Shown one piece after another: positions 47,232 to 57,654 of a stretch of DNA of 64,000 nucleotides (position 1 is its first letter; each line of letters begins with the position of its first letter). A program made the position numbers and the translations under genes. Source of the stretch: Candidatus Latescibacterota bacterium (GTDB lineage: Bacteria > Latescibacterota > UBA2968 > UBA8231); NCBI GenBank assembly GCA_965261395.1, contig OZ253462.1, positions 2,592,001 through 2,656,000 of the forward strand, given 5' to 3'. The notes under the pieces were generated by a model. The model was given only the letters and a program-made list of their open reading frames with translations, ran no database searches and had not been told where the DNA came from.

Positions 47232-48608
47232 TTACAGCTTCGCCTGCAAGTGGGATACCAATTTTTTGTATTTTTTGTCCTTGTCGTTTTTGTCGTCTTC
47301 GTCGTCTTTCACTTCCACTTCGGTACTCGATCCATCGCGTAGGTCCTTCACTTGCCAAGCCTCTCGCGCTTGTTCGTCCGGGCCGCGGATCAAGGCGATG
47401 GGGAAGCCCTTGCGGTCAGCGTATTTGAGTTGTCTGCCAATGCTCTTAGCCTCTGGATACAGTTCGGTACGGAAGCCGGTTTGTCGAAGGTGGCGCGCGA
47501 GCTCGATGTAGGTTTTTAAGTGTTCGTGTTCGGCGGGGAATTGGACGATGAAGACGTCGGCGGATGTGGCGGCGTCCTGCAAAAGCCCCAGTGCCTCCAT
47601 CGCGGCCATCAGCCGGTCTAACCCCAGAGAGGCACCGACCCCGGGCAGGTGTTGCTTGGTGTAGAGGCCGGCTAAGTCGTCGTAGCGGCCGCCGCTACAG
47701 ACCGAGCCGATTGCCGGCAGATCGCCGAGCAAGGTCTCATAGACGGTACCAGTGTAGTAATCGAGGCCGCGGGCGATGGACAGGTCGAGCACCAAGCGAT
47801 CTTGGGGAAAGCCAGCACCCTCAAAGGCGTCCACGAGCTGGCGTAGGTTGGCGATCCCCTCGGCAGCGAGACCGTTGTCGCCGCAGGAACGTTCGATCTG
47901 ATCGAGAATCTCGGCATTCGCGCCCGTAGTCTGCACCGTCGCCAAGATATGCTCGGCCTGTTCGCGGGAGACCGCATCCGTCTCGCTCATCTCAGCGATG
48001 ACCTTTTCCGCGCCGATTTTTTGCAGCTTGTCGAGGGCGCGGAGGATGGCTGCCGACTCTTCGGCCAAGCCGAGCGATTCGAGCAGGCCGTTGAGGATCA
48101 GGCGGTTGTTGACGTGGATGGAGAAGCGCTCAAAGCCCAAGGCCTCAAGCAGGTCGTGGATGACGAGCACCGTTTCGATATCCGCGGCGTTGGCGTCGGT
48201 GCCGATGGTGTCGAAGTCGCATTGGTAAAACTCGCGGTAGCGGCCGTGTTGGGTGTTCTCGCCGCGCCAGACCGGGCCGATGTGGTAGCGCTTGAAGGGG
48301 GTGCCGAGTTGGCCGATGTGCTGGGCGGCAAAGCGGGCAAAGGGCACGGTCAGATCGAAGCGCAGGGCTACGGCGCGGCCCCCGTGATCCGTGAAGTGAT
48401 ACATCTGCTTGTCGCTCTCGTCGCCGCCTTTGCCGGTGAGTATCTCTTTGTATTCAAGCGCGGGCGTGTCGATGGGGGCAAAGCCGTAGGAGCGGAAGAC
48501 CGCGCGGGCCTTGTCGATCAATTCCTCGCGCGGCATGGCCAAGGCGGGGGGAAAGTCGCGGAAGCCCTTAAGGGTCCGCGGCGGGATCAGTTCTTTTTTG
48601 TTAGACAT
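47232..48608 (-). CDS. hisS: Histidine--tRNA ligase
   Basis: GFRDF, LRFDLTVP, GRYREFYQCDFD, RGLDYYTG and GGRYD motifs plus the anticodon-binding domain. Confidence 0.97.
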   Translation of the reverse strand: MSNKKELIPPRTLKGFRDFPPALAMPREELIDKARAVFRSYGFAPIDTPALEYKEILTGKGGDESDKQMYHFTDHGGRAVALRFDLTVPFARFAAQHIGQLGTPFKRYHIGPVWRGENTQHGRYREFYQCDFDTIGTDANAADIETVLVIHDLLEALGFERFSIHVNNRLILNGLLESLGLAEESAAILRALDKLQKIGAEKVIAEMSETDAVSREQAEHILATVQTTGANAEILDQIERSCGDNGLAAEGIANLRQLVDAFEGAGFPQDRLVLDLSIARGLDYYTGTVYETLLGDLPAIGSVCSGGRYDDLAGLYTKQHLPGVGASLGLDRLMAAMEALGLLQDAATSADVFIVQFPAEHEHLKTYIELARHLRQTGFRTELYPEAKSIGRQLKYADRKGFPIALIRGPDEQAREAWQVKDLRDGSSTEVEVKDDEDDKNDKDKKYKKLVSHLQAKL

Positions 48609-48612
48609 AGGT

Positions 48613-49746
48613 TTACCAGTTGGTGAACGAGCCGTCTTCGCGGCGCAGAATCGGACCGCCGAGCCATTTGAATTCGTAGTGCTCGGCAGCTTCCTCGTTG
48701 AATTCTATTCCCAAGCCGGGACGCTCCGGTGGCAACAGGCAGCCGGACTCATAGGGCAGTTGCACTGGGAAGAGATCTTCCAGCACAGAATGGCCCACGA
48801 GGCCGCCCTCCTGCACGGCGAAGTTGTCGCAGGCAATGTCGAGGTGGGCGCAAGCTGCGGCCGAGACCGGGCCGAGGGGATTGTGCGGAACGATCTTGAT
48901 GTAGTGGGTCTCGCACCAGTTGGCTATTTTGCGCGCCTCAGTCAGTCCGCCGACAATGCACAAATCAATCCGCGCATAGTCCATCAGCTCCTCTTCTATC
49001 ATCTGCCGGAACTCCCATTTGGTCGCGTAGTGCTCGCCAACGGCCAGCGGACAGCTAACGTGCTGGCGCACCTGGCGATAAGTCTGGGGGTTTTCGCAGC
49101 GCAGCGGGTCCTCGATGAAGAAGGGATCGTACTCCTCAAGCTGGCGGCCGAGGCGGATGGTGTCGGGCGGGTCAAGGCGGGTGTGGACGTCAATGCAAAT
49201 CTCAATTTCCGGCCCGACGGCTTCGCGCGCGGCGGCGAAGTGGGCGATTGAATCGCGGACGGCGGTGCGCGGTTCGAGGATTCCGTCGCGGTCAAACACC
49301 GACATCCGCAGGTACTTCCAGCCCTCGGCAACCCGTTCCTGAGCCGCGCGGGCAGTGTCTGCGGGCGTTTGGCCGCCGATGCCAGTGTAGCAGAAGACGC
49401 GCTCGCGCATCTTGCCGCCCAAGAGCATGTACACGGGTTGCCCGAGGGCCTTGCCCTTGATGTCCCACAGCGCGATGTCAATGGCCGACATAGCGGCCGC
49501 GTTAATCCGACCGCCGGGGAAGAAATCGACGCGGAACAGCAACTGCCAGATGTATTCGGTATTGAGCGGGTCCAGGCCGATGATGTGGCGCTTCATGTGT
49601 TCGATGGCGCCAATGCCGGCCTGCTCCTTCCAAGTAATGCCGAATTCGCCGACGCCGTACAGGCCATCGTCTGTTTCGACCTTGACGAAGAGGTAGTTGC
49701 GCGATCCGTGGCAGATGGGAAAGGTTTTGACGTCGGTGATTTTCAT
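48613..49746 (-). CDS. Galactonate dehydratase-like enolase-superfamily enzyme
   Basis: SAIDIALWDIKGK, DVH, FIEDP, GE and PHNP motifs. Start MKITDV. Confidence 0.9.
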   Translation of the reverse strand: MKITDVKTFPICHGSRNYLFVKVETDDGLYGVGEFGITWKEQAGIGAIEHMKRHIIGLDPLNTEYIWQLLFRVDFFPGGRINAAAMSAIDIALWDIKGKALGQPVYMLLGGKMRERVFCYTGIGGQTPADTARAAQERVAEGWKYLRMSVFDRDGILEPRTAVRDSIAHFAAAREAVGPEIEICIDVHTRLDPPDTIRLGRQLEEYDPFFIEDPLRCENPQTYRQVRQHVSCPLAVGEHYATKWEFRQMIEEELMDYARIDLCIVGGLTEARKIANWCETHYIKIVPHNPLGPVSAAACAHLDIACDNFAVQEGGLVGHSVLEDLFPVQLPYESGCLLPPERPGLGIEFNEEAAEHYEFKWLGGPILRREDGSFTNW

Positions 49747-49798
49747 ATTCGGCTCCTTTGGTGGCTCCATTTGGTGGCCCCATAATATCAGGCCGCGA

Positions 49799-50743
49799 CT
49801 AGCCCAAAGCAAAGACGGCCTCGCCAACGACGATGGCTACAAGCCCCAATAACATGCCGACTTTGAGCAAGCGGCCGAGGCGGTCGTCCGCCAGTACTGC
49901 GCGTTGGCGATACAATTGCCAAAGGACGTAGCCGACCAAGGCATGGACCGGCAGCAACGCGAGCGCGTAGGGCGCACCGTAGAGGCCCATAAAAAATGGC
50001 ATCCAAGTAAACCCGACCAAGACCAAATACACGAGGGCTGCCAGCACCGCAGCTTGGGTGCGTCCCCAAGCAAGGGGCAAGGTGCGCTCGCCGCGAATTT
50101 GATCCCCAGCGACGTCCTCGATGTCCTTGACGATTTCCCGCCCCAAGTGAAAGAGGAAGGCAAAGAGCGCCGGAATCCACGAGCGCCCTATATCGCCAGC
50201 GGCCAGGGCGCCGTAGGGAAAGGCGATGGCCCCGACAAAGGCGACGAGTACATTGCCCCACAGCAGGCTGTTTTTTAAGGAAATACTATAGAAGGCGAGC
50301 AAGGCGACAACGACTAGGGCGATCAGCCCATGCCAAGGGCTGAGCCAGAACGCAAGTGTGCTGCCGGCTAGGGCGAGGAGCAAACTTTGCCTGCGGGCCG
50401 CGCTCGGGCTGAGGCGACCGGCAGGCAGCGGGCGCAGCGGGCGGTTGATGCGGTCAATGTCTATGTCCATCAAGTCGTTGAAGGCATTACCGGCACCGTT
50501 GATTGACGCGGCAGAAAGGGCGGCGAGCAGAAGGGCGGGCCAAGCGGGAGTTTGGTCCGCGGTCAAAGCGCCAATGCCGACCGAGAGGGCGGTAATCAGG
50601 CCGTTGAGCGGCCGGGGCAGGAGGAACAAGGCGCTGAGTCGCGACAAGGCTTTCCACTTGTGGGCGGGTAAAAAGTCCGTATATAAAAGCAAAGCAAGAG
50701 AGTCGCCGCCAAGAGACTTTTGGCGGCCAAAGCGCGCGGACAA
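49799..50743 (-). CDS. UbiA-superfamily prenyltransferase, DGGGP synthase-like
   Basis: RPLN, NDLMDIDIDRINRP.RPLP and REIVKDIEDVAGD..G..TLP motifs. The true start is probably the TTG at 50647. Confidence 0.85.
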   Translation of the reverse strand: MSARFGRQKSLGGDSLALLLYTDFLPAHKWKALSRLSALFLLPRPLNGLITALSVGIGALTADQTPAWPALLLAALSAASINGAGNAFNDLMDIDIDRINRPLRPLPAGRLSPSAARRQSLLLALAGSTLAFWLSPWHGLIALVVVALLAFYSISLKNSLLWGNVLVAFVGAIAFPYGALAAGDIGRSWIPALFAFLFHLGREIVKDIEDVAGDQIRGERTLPLAWGRTQAAVLAALVYLVLVGFTWMPFFMGLYGAPYALALLPVHALVGYVLWQLYRQRAVLADDRLGRLLKVGMLLGLVAIVVGEAVFALG

Positions 50744-50751
50744 ATTTATTC

Positions 50752-50780
50752 TTGACAGCGCCTGACGCTCAAAGTAGGTT
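50752..50780 (+). promoter_or_regulatory. Sigma70-type promoter for the M28 peptidase
   Basis: TTGACA-17 nt-TAGGTT, 35 nt before the ATG. Confidence 0.65.
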
Positions 50781-50815
50781 CCCTAACGTTTTGTTTCTCA
50801 ACAAGTAAGCTAGCT

Positions 50816-52876
50816 ATGAACTCAGTTAAAGGGGCGTTGTGCGCCTCTCTTTTTTTTGTTGGCTCCGTCTTGGCCGAGCTACCCTTGGTCGGCGTGTCTT
50901 GGAAATCGCCAGCCGAGCTAACCGCGATCGCCGCGCTGAGCGAGCAGGTGCGCTACGTGGCGCGGAGCGTGGCTTTTGTCGAGGCCAGCGAAAGCGCGGT
51001 CGAGGAAATCACCAAGCAGGGGTTGGCCATCCTCTGCCTCGACAGGCCGCGAGCGGGCGATCGCTATTTTGTCGCCGATCACCTCGACCTTCCCCTGCCC
51101 CAAGGCGTTGAGTTGGTCTTTGCTGGGGGGGGCGAATGGGTGCTCTTGCGGGTGGGGCCGAACGCCCGCTTACACGAGGGGCCCCATTTCCTCTGGCCAT
51201 TGCCCACCAACTACAGCCTAGATGGATGGTTAGGTGCGCCGCGTCGCGCGCCCAAGCTCCTGCAAACGGCCTCGCCGGCTGTGGCGGCCCTCATCGAGGA
51301 AGCAGCCGCCGAGCGTTTGCAAGCCCATGTCGAAGCCCTCTCGCTAAAAGACCCAACGTTGGGCAGCGTCCCCGGCAACATCCGCAGCCGCTTTGCCGTA
51401 CATCCAGAGCTACTCGAATCAACCGAGTACATCCGCTCGCAATTGGTCGCAGCCCTCGGCGACGAGGCAGTCAAACTGCATTCCTTCCCCATTGACTCGC
51501 GGCGCGTCATCTCCCACACCTCGCGTCGAGGCAACCCAGTGCCAGCACCAAGCGACACCACTGCGTACAACGTCATCGGCACGCTGGCGGGCACCGACTC
51601 GGAGGCCGGGTACTACATCGTCTGCGCCCACTACGACGCCACGGGCACGCGCTCGGCCGGGGGTTGGAACTGGCAACGCGATCCCGCACCTGGGGCCGAC
51701 GACAATGCCAGCGGCGTGGCCTTGGTTCTAGAGAGCGCAAAGCTGCTGGCCGGGCAGCGCTTCCCCTGGTCCGTCCTATTTATCGCTTGGTCGGGCGAGG
51801 AGTTGGGGCTGCTGGGTAGCCAGGCGTATGTCGCGTTAGCCGCTGACCGCAACGACCCGATCCTCGGCGTCCTCAACTTCGACATGATCGGCTTCAACGA
51901 CTTGCAACAGCGGCTGGAGCTGGTGACGAATCCTAGCTCGCGCTGGCTGGGCGATCAGATGGCGTCCGTGGCCGAGCGCTATGAGATTGATCTCAAGGTC
52001 GACTTGCTCGAAGACGGAGGGGCGCGCCTCAGCGATCACGCGCCGTTCTGGTCTCGGGGCTACGACGCGATTCTCGGCATTGAAAATTACCTGCCCACGG
52101 ACTCGACGACGTACGGGGTCCGCGAGGGCCGCTACCGAATCAACTCGCAATACCACTCGGTCGTTGACCTGCCCGACAGCATCAACTGGGAGTTGGTGCG
52201 CCGCACCACCCAGCTAGCCGTGGCGACGTTGGCCGAGTACGGGTTGGGAGAAGGCACGCCGAACTTGGCGGTCTTCACCGGCGATTTGCGCAGCGACCGC
52301 ACGGATGATCTCCGCGTCCGCGTCAGCAACATCGGACTGGGCGCAGTCGCCAGCAGCTTCTCGGTGCGGGTCTCGCAATGTGCGCTGGATTCCAGCCGGT
52401 GCGAGGTCATCCACCGGGCGCAGGCTCCAGAGGGATTGGCTCCCGGCGCGAGCGCGGAATTGCACATTCCTTGGCAGCGATTTGGCGAGCTGGTCTTTTT
52501 GATCGAAGTCGATGCAGCAGAGCAAATCGGCGAGGTCAGCGAGGCGGACAACCGCGTCTTCCAGCGCCTGCGCCTAGTGCCGCAATCGAAGATCGCGGTC
52601 TTTCCCAACCCCTTCCGCATCGGCAGCGGCGTGCTCCGCTTCAGCGGCGTGCCCCTCAAATCCGCGGTGCAGGTCTTTGGTCCGGCGGGCGATATAGTGT
52701 GGGAAGCGGTTGAGGACGACGACGCGCAACGGCGTTTGGGGGCCGTTGCCAATGAGGTGCTGTGGTATGGAGTCAACCGCGCTGATCTACCGGTCGGCAA
52801 CGGTGTCTATATCTACACGATCCACTCCCCTGAAGGAACCCTGCTAGTGAGGGACAAAATCGCAGTCGTGCGCTAA
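50816..52876 (+). CDS. Secreted M28 peptidase with CARDB and C-terminal FlgD/T9SS-like domain
   Basis: AHYD, GADDNASG, GEE.GL.GS, FDMIG, SDH, YHS, EVSEADN, VFPNPF and GVYIY motifs. Confidence 0.9.
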   Translation: MNSVKGALCASLFFVGSVLAELPLVGVSWKSPAELTAIAALSEQVRYVARSVAFVEASESAVEEITKQGLAILCLDRPRAGDRYFVADHLDLPLPQGVELVFAGGGEWVLLRVGPNARLHEGPHFLWPLPTNYSLDGWLGAPRRAPKLLQTASPAVAALIEEAAAERLQAHVEALSLKDPTLGSVPGNIRSRFAVHPELLESTEYIRSQLVAALGDEAVKLHSFPIDSRRVISHTSRRGNPVPAPSDTTAYNVIGTLAGTDSEAGYYIVCAHYDATGTRSAGGWNWQRDPAPGADDNASGVALVLESAKLLAGQRFPWSVLFIAWSGEELGLLGSQAYVALAADRNDPILGVLNFDMIGFNDLQQRLELVTNPSSRWLGDQMASVAERYEIDLKVDLLEDGGARLSDHAPFWSRGYDAILGIENYLPTDSTTYGVREGRYRINSQYHSVVDLPDSINWELVRRTTQLAVATLAEYGLGEGTPNLAVFTGDLRSDRTDDLRVRVSNIGLGAVASSFSVRVSQCALDSSRCEVIHRAQAPEGLAPGASAELHIPWQRFGELVFLIEVDAAEQIGEVSEADNRVFQRLRLVPQSKIAVFPNPFRIGSGVLRFSGVPLKSAVQVFGPAGDIVWEAVEDDDAQRRLGAVANEVLWYGVNRADLPVGNGVYIYTIHSPEGTLLVRDKIAVVR

Positions 52877-52893
52877 AAACATAACTTTTGGTG

Positions 52894-54079
52894 CTAAGTA
52901 CACGACAGTAAAATGGGTTGATATTGTTGGGCCTGTTTAGGCTGCTCACGCACTTGGTGTATGATCTGGGTGAGTTGATCAAGTCCTCGTCGAAAGAGGC
53001 TTATGGCGGGTTGTCCATGTTTTTTTAGGGGGCTGGGTTTTCTTTGATGGAGTTGCTCGCCCATGAGCAGTGCCCATAGCAGCGTCCATGCCAGCAGTCC
53101 CAGCAGCAAATGTATGCGTTGAGGATGGGTCATGTGGGTATCTTCGAGATTAAATCCTCTCGATTTCAAACAAGCAAACGTCGTCTCAATAGCCCAGCGC
53201 TGTCCATAGACGGCCAGCCCCTGTTGGAGGTCGGTTCGGTTGGTAATCAGCAGGATGCGTTCGCCGCGGGCGGGGCGGTGGCACACCAGATGCAGCGTTA
53301 GGCCGTTATAGAGGGTCGGGTGTGGATAGTATCGGGTGGTGTTTCGGGGCATCCGTTCATTAAAGGTGGCCGCATAACGCCAAAGGTGGCCGCATAACGC
53401 CGCCGACCATCGTCAAGCGTAAGCGAGGTATTGCCCCGTAGGCGAATGACAAAATCGACGGATTGCTCCAACAAAAAGGCCAACCAATCTCGACCGATAA
53501 ACTCGCGGTCTGCGACTAAACAACACACGCTGGCATCCAGCTAGGCCCATACTTGGGTCCGCAGGTGTTTACGTTCTTCGGTATGGGAGTTGCCCGGCTT
53601 TTGCAACGACTGATAGACCAACGGAATAGACACCCTTTGGTAGACCAGACCGACACATAACAGATTCAGATCGGTGCGACCCAACTTCCAATGGCTACGA
53701 TCCATGACCAACACCTGGGGCTGGCCGGGGCGCACCAGCTTAGAGACGATCAACTCAGTAAACACGGCCGGGGAGAATCCGCTGCTGAAAAAACGCGGTA
53801 GGCGACGATATTGACTGTCTATTTGAGCCATGCCGGGCAGACTACACGCGAGTTTTCTCAGATTGACCGAACGCACTTGCATCAGCGCACAGACCAAGCC
53901 ACTCATCAGGTCCAGGCGGTGGCGCGTGAGGGATACAGACCCTTGCATGAGCGCTTTCTTTAGCGTATGAATAAGCACGGTACAGCTCCTGTATTTAGGA
54001 TTTAGATGCAATCTTGGGCGATTACAAATAAACCTAAATTGGGGCTGTACCACAACTTAGCTTACTGTCGTGTACTTAG
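52894..54079 (-). mobile_element. IS4-family insertion sequence with inactivated transposase
   Basis: Perfect 18-bp TIRs ctaagtacacgacagtaa (52894-52911) and ttactgtcgtgtacttag (54062-54079). DDE pieces are VMDRSHW, ADREF and Y..RWAIE..F..LKSRGF. There is an in-frame TAG at 53541 and a 20-bp tandem duplication at 53362-53401. No target-site duplication. Confidence 0.93.
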
Positions 54080-54693
54080 GTCCGTACCTAAGCAGGAAAA
54101 TCAAAAAATTTAATTACAATGATCTTTTCCTCAACGATTGGGGGATTCATCATCTCCACCTTGGAACAGAGATAGATCCCGATGGGTTTATAAATCGCAC
54201 AGACCCATTATTGTATTGTCGTTTTGAAGAGGATTATGCGTATTTTATCGACATTCTCCCCCATGGGAATTGGACATCGCAGAAACTAATCACGACCATG
54301 CATGACAACTGGCCCGAGCTTCTGTCTTGTTTTTTCGACGGAGTCACAGAAACAGAAACTCGACTTTCTGACGAAGAAATTAAGGAACTACGCAGAAAGA
54401 GAATCAATTATTTTATTACTATGAATGACGGAACAACGTATTCGCCGCTTGGGGGAGGTAGTACATTCGCAGGAACTAACATCTATGATGTTATGAGGAC
54501 AAATCAATATCTGGGTGAGGTGAATCGCAAACAACAAGAAATCATTGCAGATTTTCCAGAAATTGAAAACAGGGCAAGAGAGCGTGGAATTTCCTTTGGT
54601 GAGCCGCCCCGGTTCGAGTTGCGCTTCATAGGAGAAACCTTTTGTGCAGTAGAAAGTTATAGCGGATATAACCTTCCTCTCTCTTATCCGTAG
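54080..54693 (+). pseudogene. AT-rich hypothetical gene truncated at its 5' end by the IS
   Basis: The open frame PYLSRK..NDLFLNDWGIHHLHLG begins exactly at the IS end, and the listed GTG start lies inside the TIR. Confidence 0.65.
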
Positions 54694-54739
54694 ACATCAA
54701 ACTAGGTGGTTTTGAGAGTACATTCGGGAATTTTCATCA

Positions 54740-57577
54740 TTAGCCATTCCTCAAGTTCAGCTCCAGTAATTCGCCCAGCGCCTCGTCCTCCGAAATGCCC
54801 GCGTCCCACCCATACGCCTCCGCCACAGCCGCGTCGAGCGCGGCATGAGCATCGACAAGCCATTGCGGGCGAGCATTGTACAAATTGGTCAGTATGCGTT
54901 TCTTGAGTTCCTTCGCCGTCGCCTCGTCTCGGGGCACCGGGCGCTTGGGATAGCCGGGGACCGGCTCGTCCACCCACTCCACCCATTCGGGCGGACTGAG
55001 CCAGCGGTCGCGCAGTTCGACTAGTCGTCGCGCTGCTTCGGCGATGGCAACAGCACGCGGATCATTGGCGTAATCCGAAGCCGGAATATCGGGCGATAGC
55101 CCTTCGGGGAAGGGAAAGGTCTCGAAGGTGGTGGTCGGCGTGTAGCGCGGACGATCTTCTAGACTCGTGCCGAGCCGCAGCGACCACGCCTCGTGAAATC
55201 GGCTGTGCAAGATGCCGAAGGTCGTGTCGTCGTCGCGGGCGATGACAATTAGCTGATGATCGGGGCAGATGCGCACGTCGAGCCAAGCGAACAGACGGTG
55301 CTTGGCGACGGTGGGCGTAGCGATGTAGCGCGACAGACCGGCAAGTGCCTCCCACATCCCCGGCCTCGGCTCGACATGCCGCCACCAATGGATGCGATAG
55401 GCTTCCCGGCGATTCTGTTGTCGCATTGGATAAACGTGCTCCTTTGTGTGTTGAAACGGTGCCTCGTAGAGCGCGGCTTCCTCTTGCATCATGCTCCAGC
55501 CAAAATCGACAATCCATTTGTCAGCCGGTCGGCGGGTCAAGTCCATGCCATTTACCCACGGCTTGAGAACGTCGGAATTGGGCCGTCCGTTCGCGTTCGC
55601 AGGCTCGCGGAGCCATTCCCGGGCCTGCTCTCCGGGCACATCGAAGGGGCCGCCCTTGGTATCTCCCATGAACGCAATGCCGATGTTCCGGCATTGCCGT
55701 TGTGCCTTGGTCAGATCAACGTTCCCCGTCAGATCGGGATGGACCGCATCCACAAGCTGGCCATCGAGCCGCTGTTCCAGCGCCGCTCCATCATCCGGTC
55801 GTGAGAAGCACACCAAAGAGACGCGCACCGCCGCCCCATTAATCACCCACGGCTCATCGCTCCACGCCTCAAAGATCGGACGGTCCTCAGTCGCGGTTTG
55901 CAACGCCCGCCGATTCGCCCCGCCGCGAATGGAGTTGGTTGAGACGAGACCTGCGCGCTTTGCCTTGCCCGATTCTATGTGCTCGCCGGCCTTCACGAAC
56001 CAGTAGCAGACGAGATCTGCCTCCGCTGGTACGCGGCCTTCATACACCGTGAAAATGCTTGAAACATAATCCTCGCCAAGGTTCGCGTTGAGAAGTTTTC
56101 CTCCGATAAATGGCGGATTGCCGATCACTACATCGGCTGCTGGCCATGCCGGTTCCTCGCCGTCTGGGGTCAGGATCGCATCGCGGCATTCGATGGTGTT
56201 GAGCGGCTTGAGAACTGGACGATCCGCCCCGGTATAGCCGTTGCGCCGCATCCACTGGATTTCTCCGATCCACACCGACACGCGCGCTAATTCGGCGGCG
56301 TAGGCGTTGATTTCGATCCCCTTGACGTTGGCCGGGCTGACTTCGGGAAACGAGCGCTGGAGGTCAAAGGCTTCGGCCTCCAGTTGCACCCGATGCTCCA
56401 AGTCCTTGAGCGCGTGCAAGGCGACGTAGAGGAAGTTACCGGAGCCACAAGCTGGGTCGAGGATGGTGAAAGAGCGGAGGTGCTGTAAGAAAGCGTCCTT
56501 GCGCTGCTCGGCCCGACTGCGTTGGCGAGTCCGGGCAGCAGCAGATCGGGCATTTCCGGCTCGTTTCAGCGCGGCGGTGATTTCCCCTTTCACCTTTTCC
56601 CATTCGGCCAACCACGGGCGAATCACCACTGGCTCGACGATCCGCATAATTTTGTCGCGGTCCGTGTAGTGTGCCCCAAGCTGCGCCCGCTTACCCGGGT
56701 CGAGGCCGCGCTCGAACAGGGTGCCTAGGATGGAAGGATCAATCTCCGACCATTCTAGGGTCGCCGCTTGGAGCACCGTGTCGATCTCGGCCTTTTTTAG
56801 TGGAAGGGCGGTATCGTCGTCGAACAGCCCGCCATTAAACCAAGCCACCGGCTCAAAGCCAACCCGCCCGCCGGTGGCCATGGCAGCGAACAGATCGCGG
56901 GCCATGGCGGCGAACTCCTCTGGCTGCTGCCGCGCCTGCTCCAACATCCGCGTGAACAGATTGCTCGGCAAAAGACCTACGTCCTCGGCGAACATGCAGA
57001 ACACCAGCCGGTTGATGAAATGCGCCACTGCCTGCGGGTCATGGCCGCGTTCCCGCAAGGCTTGCGCCAGCAACGCAAAGGCCGTGGCCGCCCGCTCGGT
57101 GAGCGCCTGCCGGGTCTCGTCCGGCCGCAGCCGCTCAGGGTCGGATAGTGCCCACTTGAGCTTGTCGCGGACAGCGGCATCGGCTAAATCGTCGATCTCG
57201 AATCCGTGGGTCTTGCTGACGCTGTTGGTCCAGTTGGTGCGGATGCGGAACCGCCGCATGTCGGAGACGATCAAAAGCGGCGGGTTTTCCAAAGCTAGCG
57301 CGTATTGCCTGAGTTGGTCAAAGGCCGCGTCTAAGTTGGCACGCGGGCCCTTGTACTCCCAAGCGAAGCAGTGTCGCTTCCACACGTCGGCCCAACCATC
57401 GCCGCCGGTTTCCTTGCGAGCACCCTTCTCAAAGCAGTACGTCTCGCCGGTAGGATCGCCCTCGGTCGGGGTTGACTCGCCGAGCAGCCGGCACAGGTCG
57501 ATAAAGTGCTCCTGAGCAGCCGAGCGTTCCTTGAGTTCGACGGCACGCCACTTGGTAATGAATACCTCTGGAGTCAT
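54740..57577 (-). CDS. MmeI-like single-polypeptide Type IIG/IIL R-M enzyme
   Basis: ADVW....AWEYK nuclease-like motif, GAHYT, ILDPACGSGNF, GNPPF and a C-terminal TRD (RYTPTTTFETFPFP). Confidence 0.9.
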   Translation of the reverse strand: MTPEVFITKWRAVELKERSAAQEHFIDLCRLLGESTPTEGDPTGETYCFEKGARKETGGDGWADVWKRHCFAWEYKGPRANLDAAFDQLRQYALALENPPLLIVSDMRRFRIRTNWTNSVSKTHGFEIDDLADAAVRDKLKWALSDPERLRPDETRQALTERAATAFALLAQALRERGHDPQAVAHFINRLVFCMFAEDVGLLPSNLFTRMLEQARQQPEEFAAMARDLFAAMATGGRVGFEPVAWFNGGLFDDDTALPLKKAEIDTVLQAATLEWSEIDPSILGTLFERGLDPGKRAQLGAHYTDRDKIMRIVEPVVIRPWLAEWEKVKGEITAALKRAGNARSAAARTRQRSRAEQRKDAFLQHLRSFTILDPACGSGNFLYVALHALKDLEHRVQLEAEAFDLQRSFPEVSPANVKGIEINAYAAELARVSVWIGEIQWMRRNGYTGADRPVLKPLNTIECRDAILTPDGEEPAWPAADVVIGNPPFIGGKLLNANLGEDYVSSIFTVYEGRVPAEADLVCYWFVKAGEHIESGKAKRAGLVSTNSIRGGANRRALQTATEDRPIFEAWSDEPWVINGAAVRVSLVCFSRPDDGAALEQRLDGQLVDAVHPDLTGNVDLTKAQRQCRNIGIAFMGDTKGGPFDVPGEQAREWLREPANANGRPNSDVLKPWVNGMDLTRRPADKWIVDFGWSMMQEEAALYEAPFQHTKEHVYPMRQQNRREAYRIHWWRHVEPRPGMWEALAGLSRYIATPTVAKHRLFAWLDVRICPDHQLIVIARDDDTTFGILHSRFHEAWSLRLGTSLEDRPRYTPTTTFETFPFPEGLSPDIPASDYANDPRAVAIAEAARRLVELRDRWLSPPEWVEWVDEPVPGYPKRPVPRDEATAKELKKRILTNLYNARPQWLVDAHAALDAAVAEAYGWDAGISEDEALGELLELNLRNG

Positions 57578-57654
57578 GGTCCTATGGTCACTAGCCGCTT
57601 GAAGCGGGCGAATGCTGTAAATGGGATTGGATCGTTAGTATTCATCGCGGCCTG

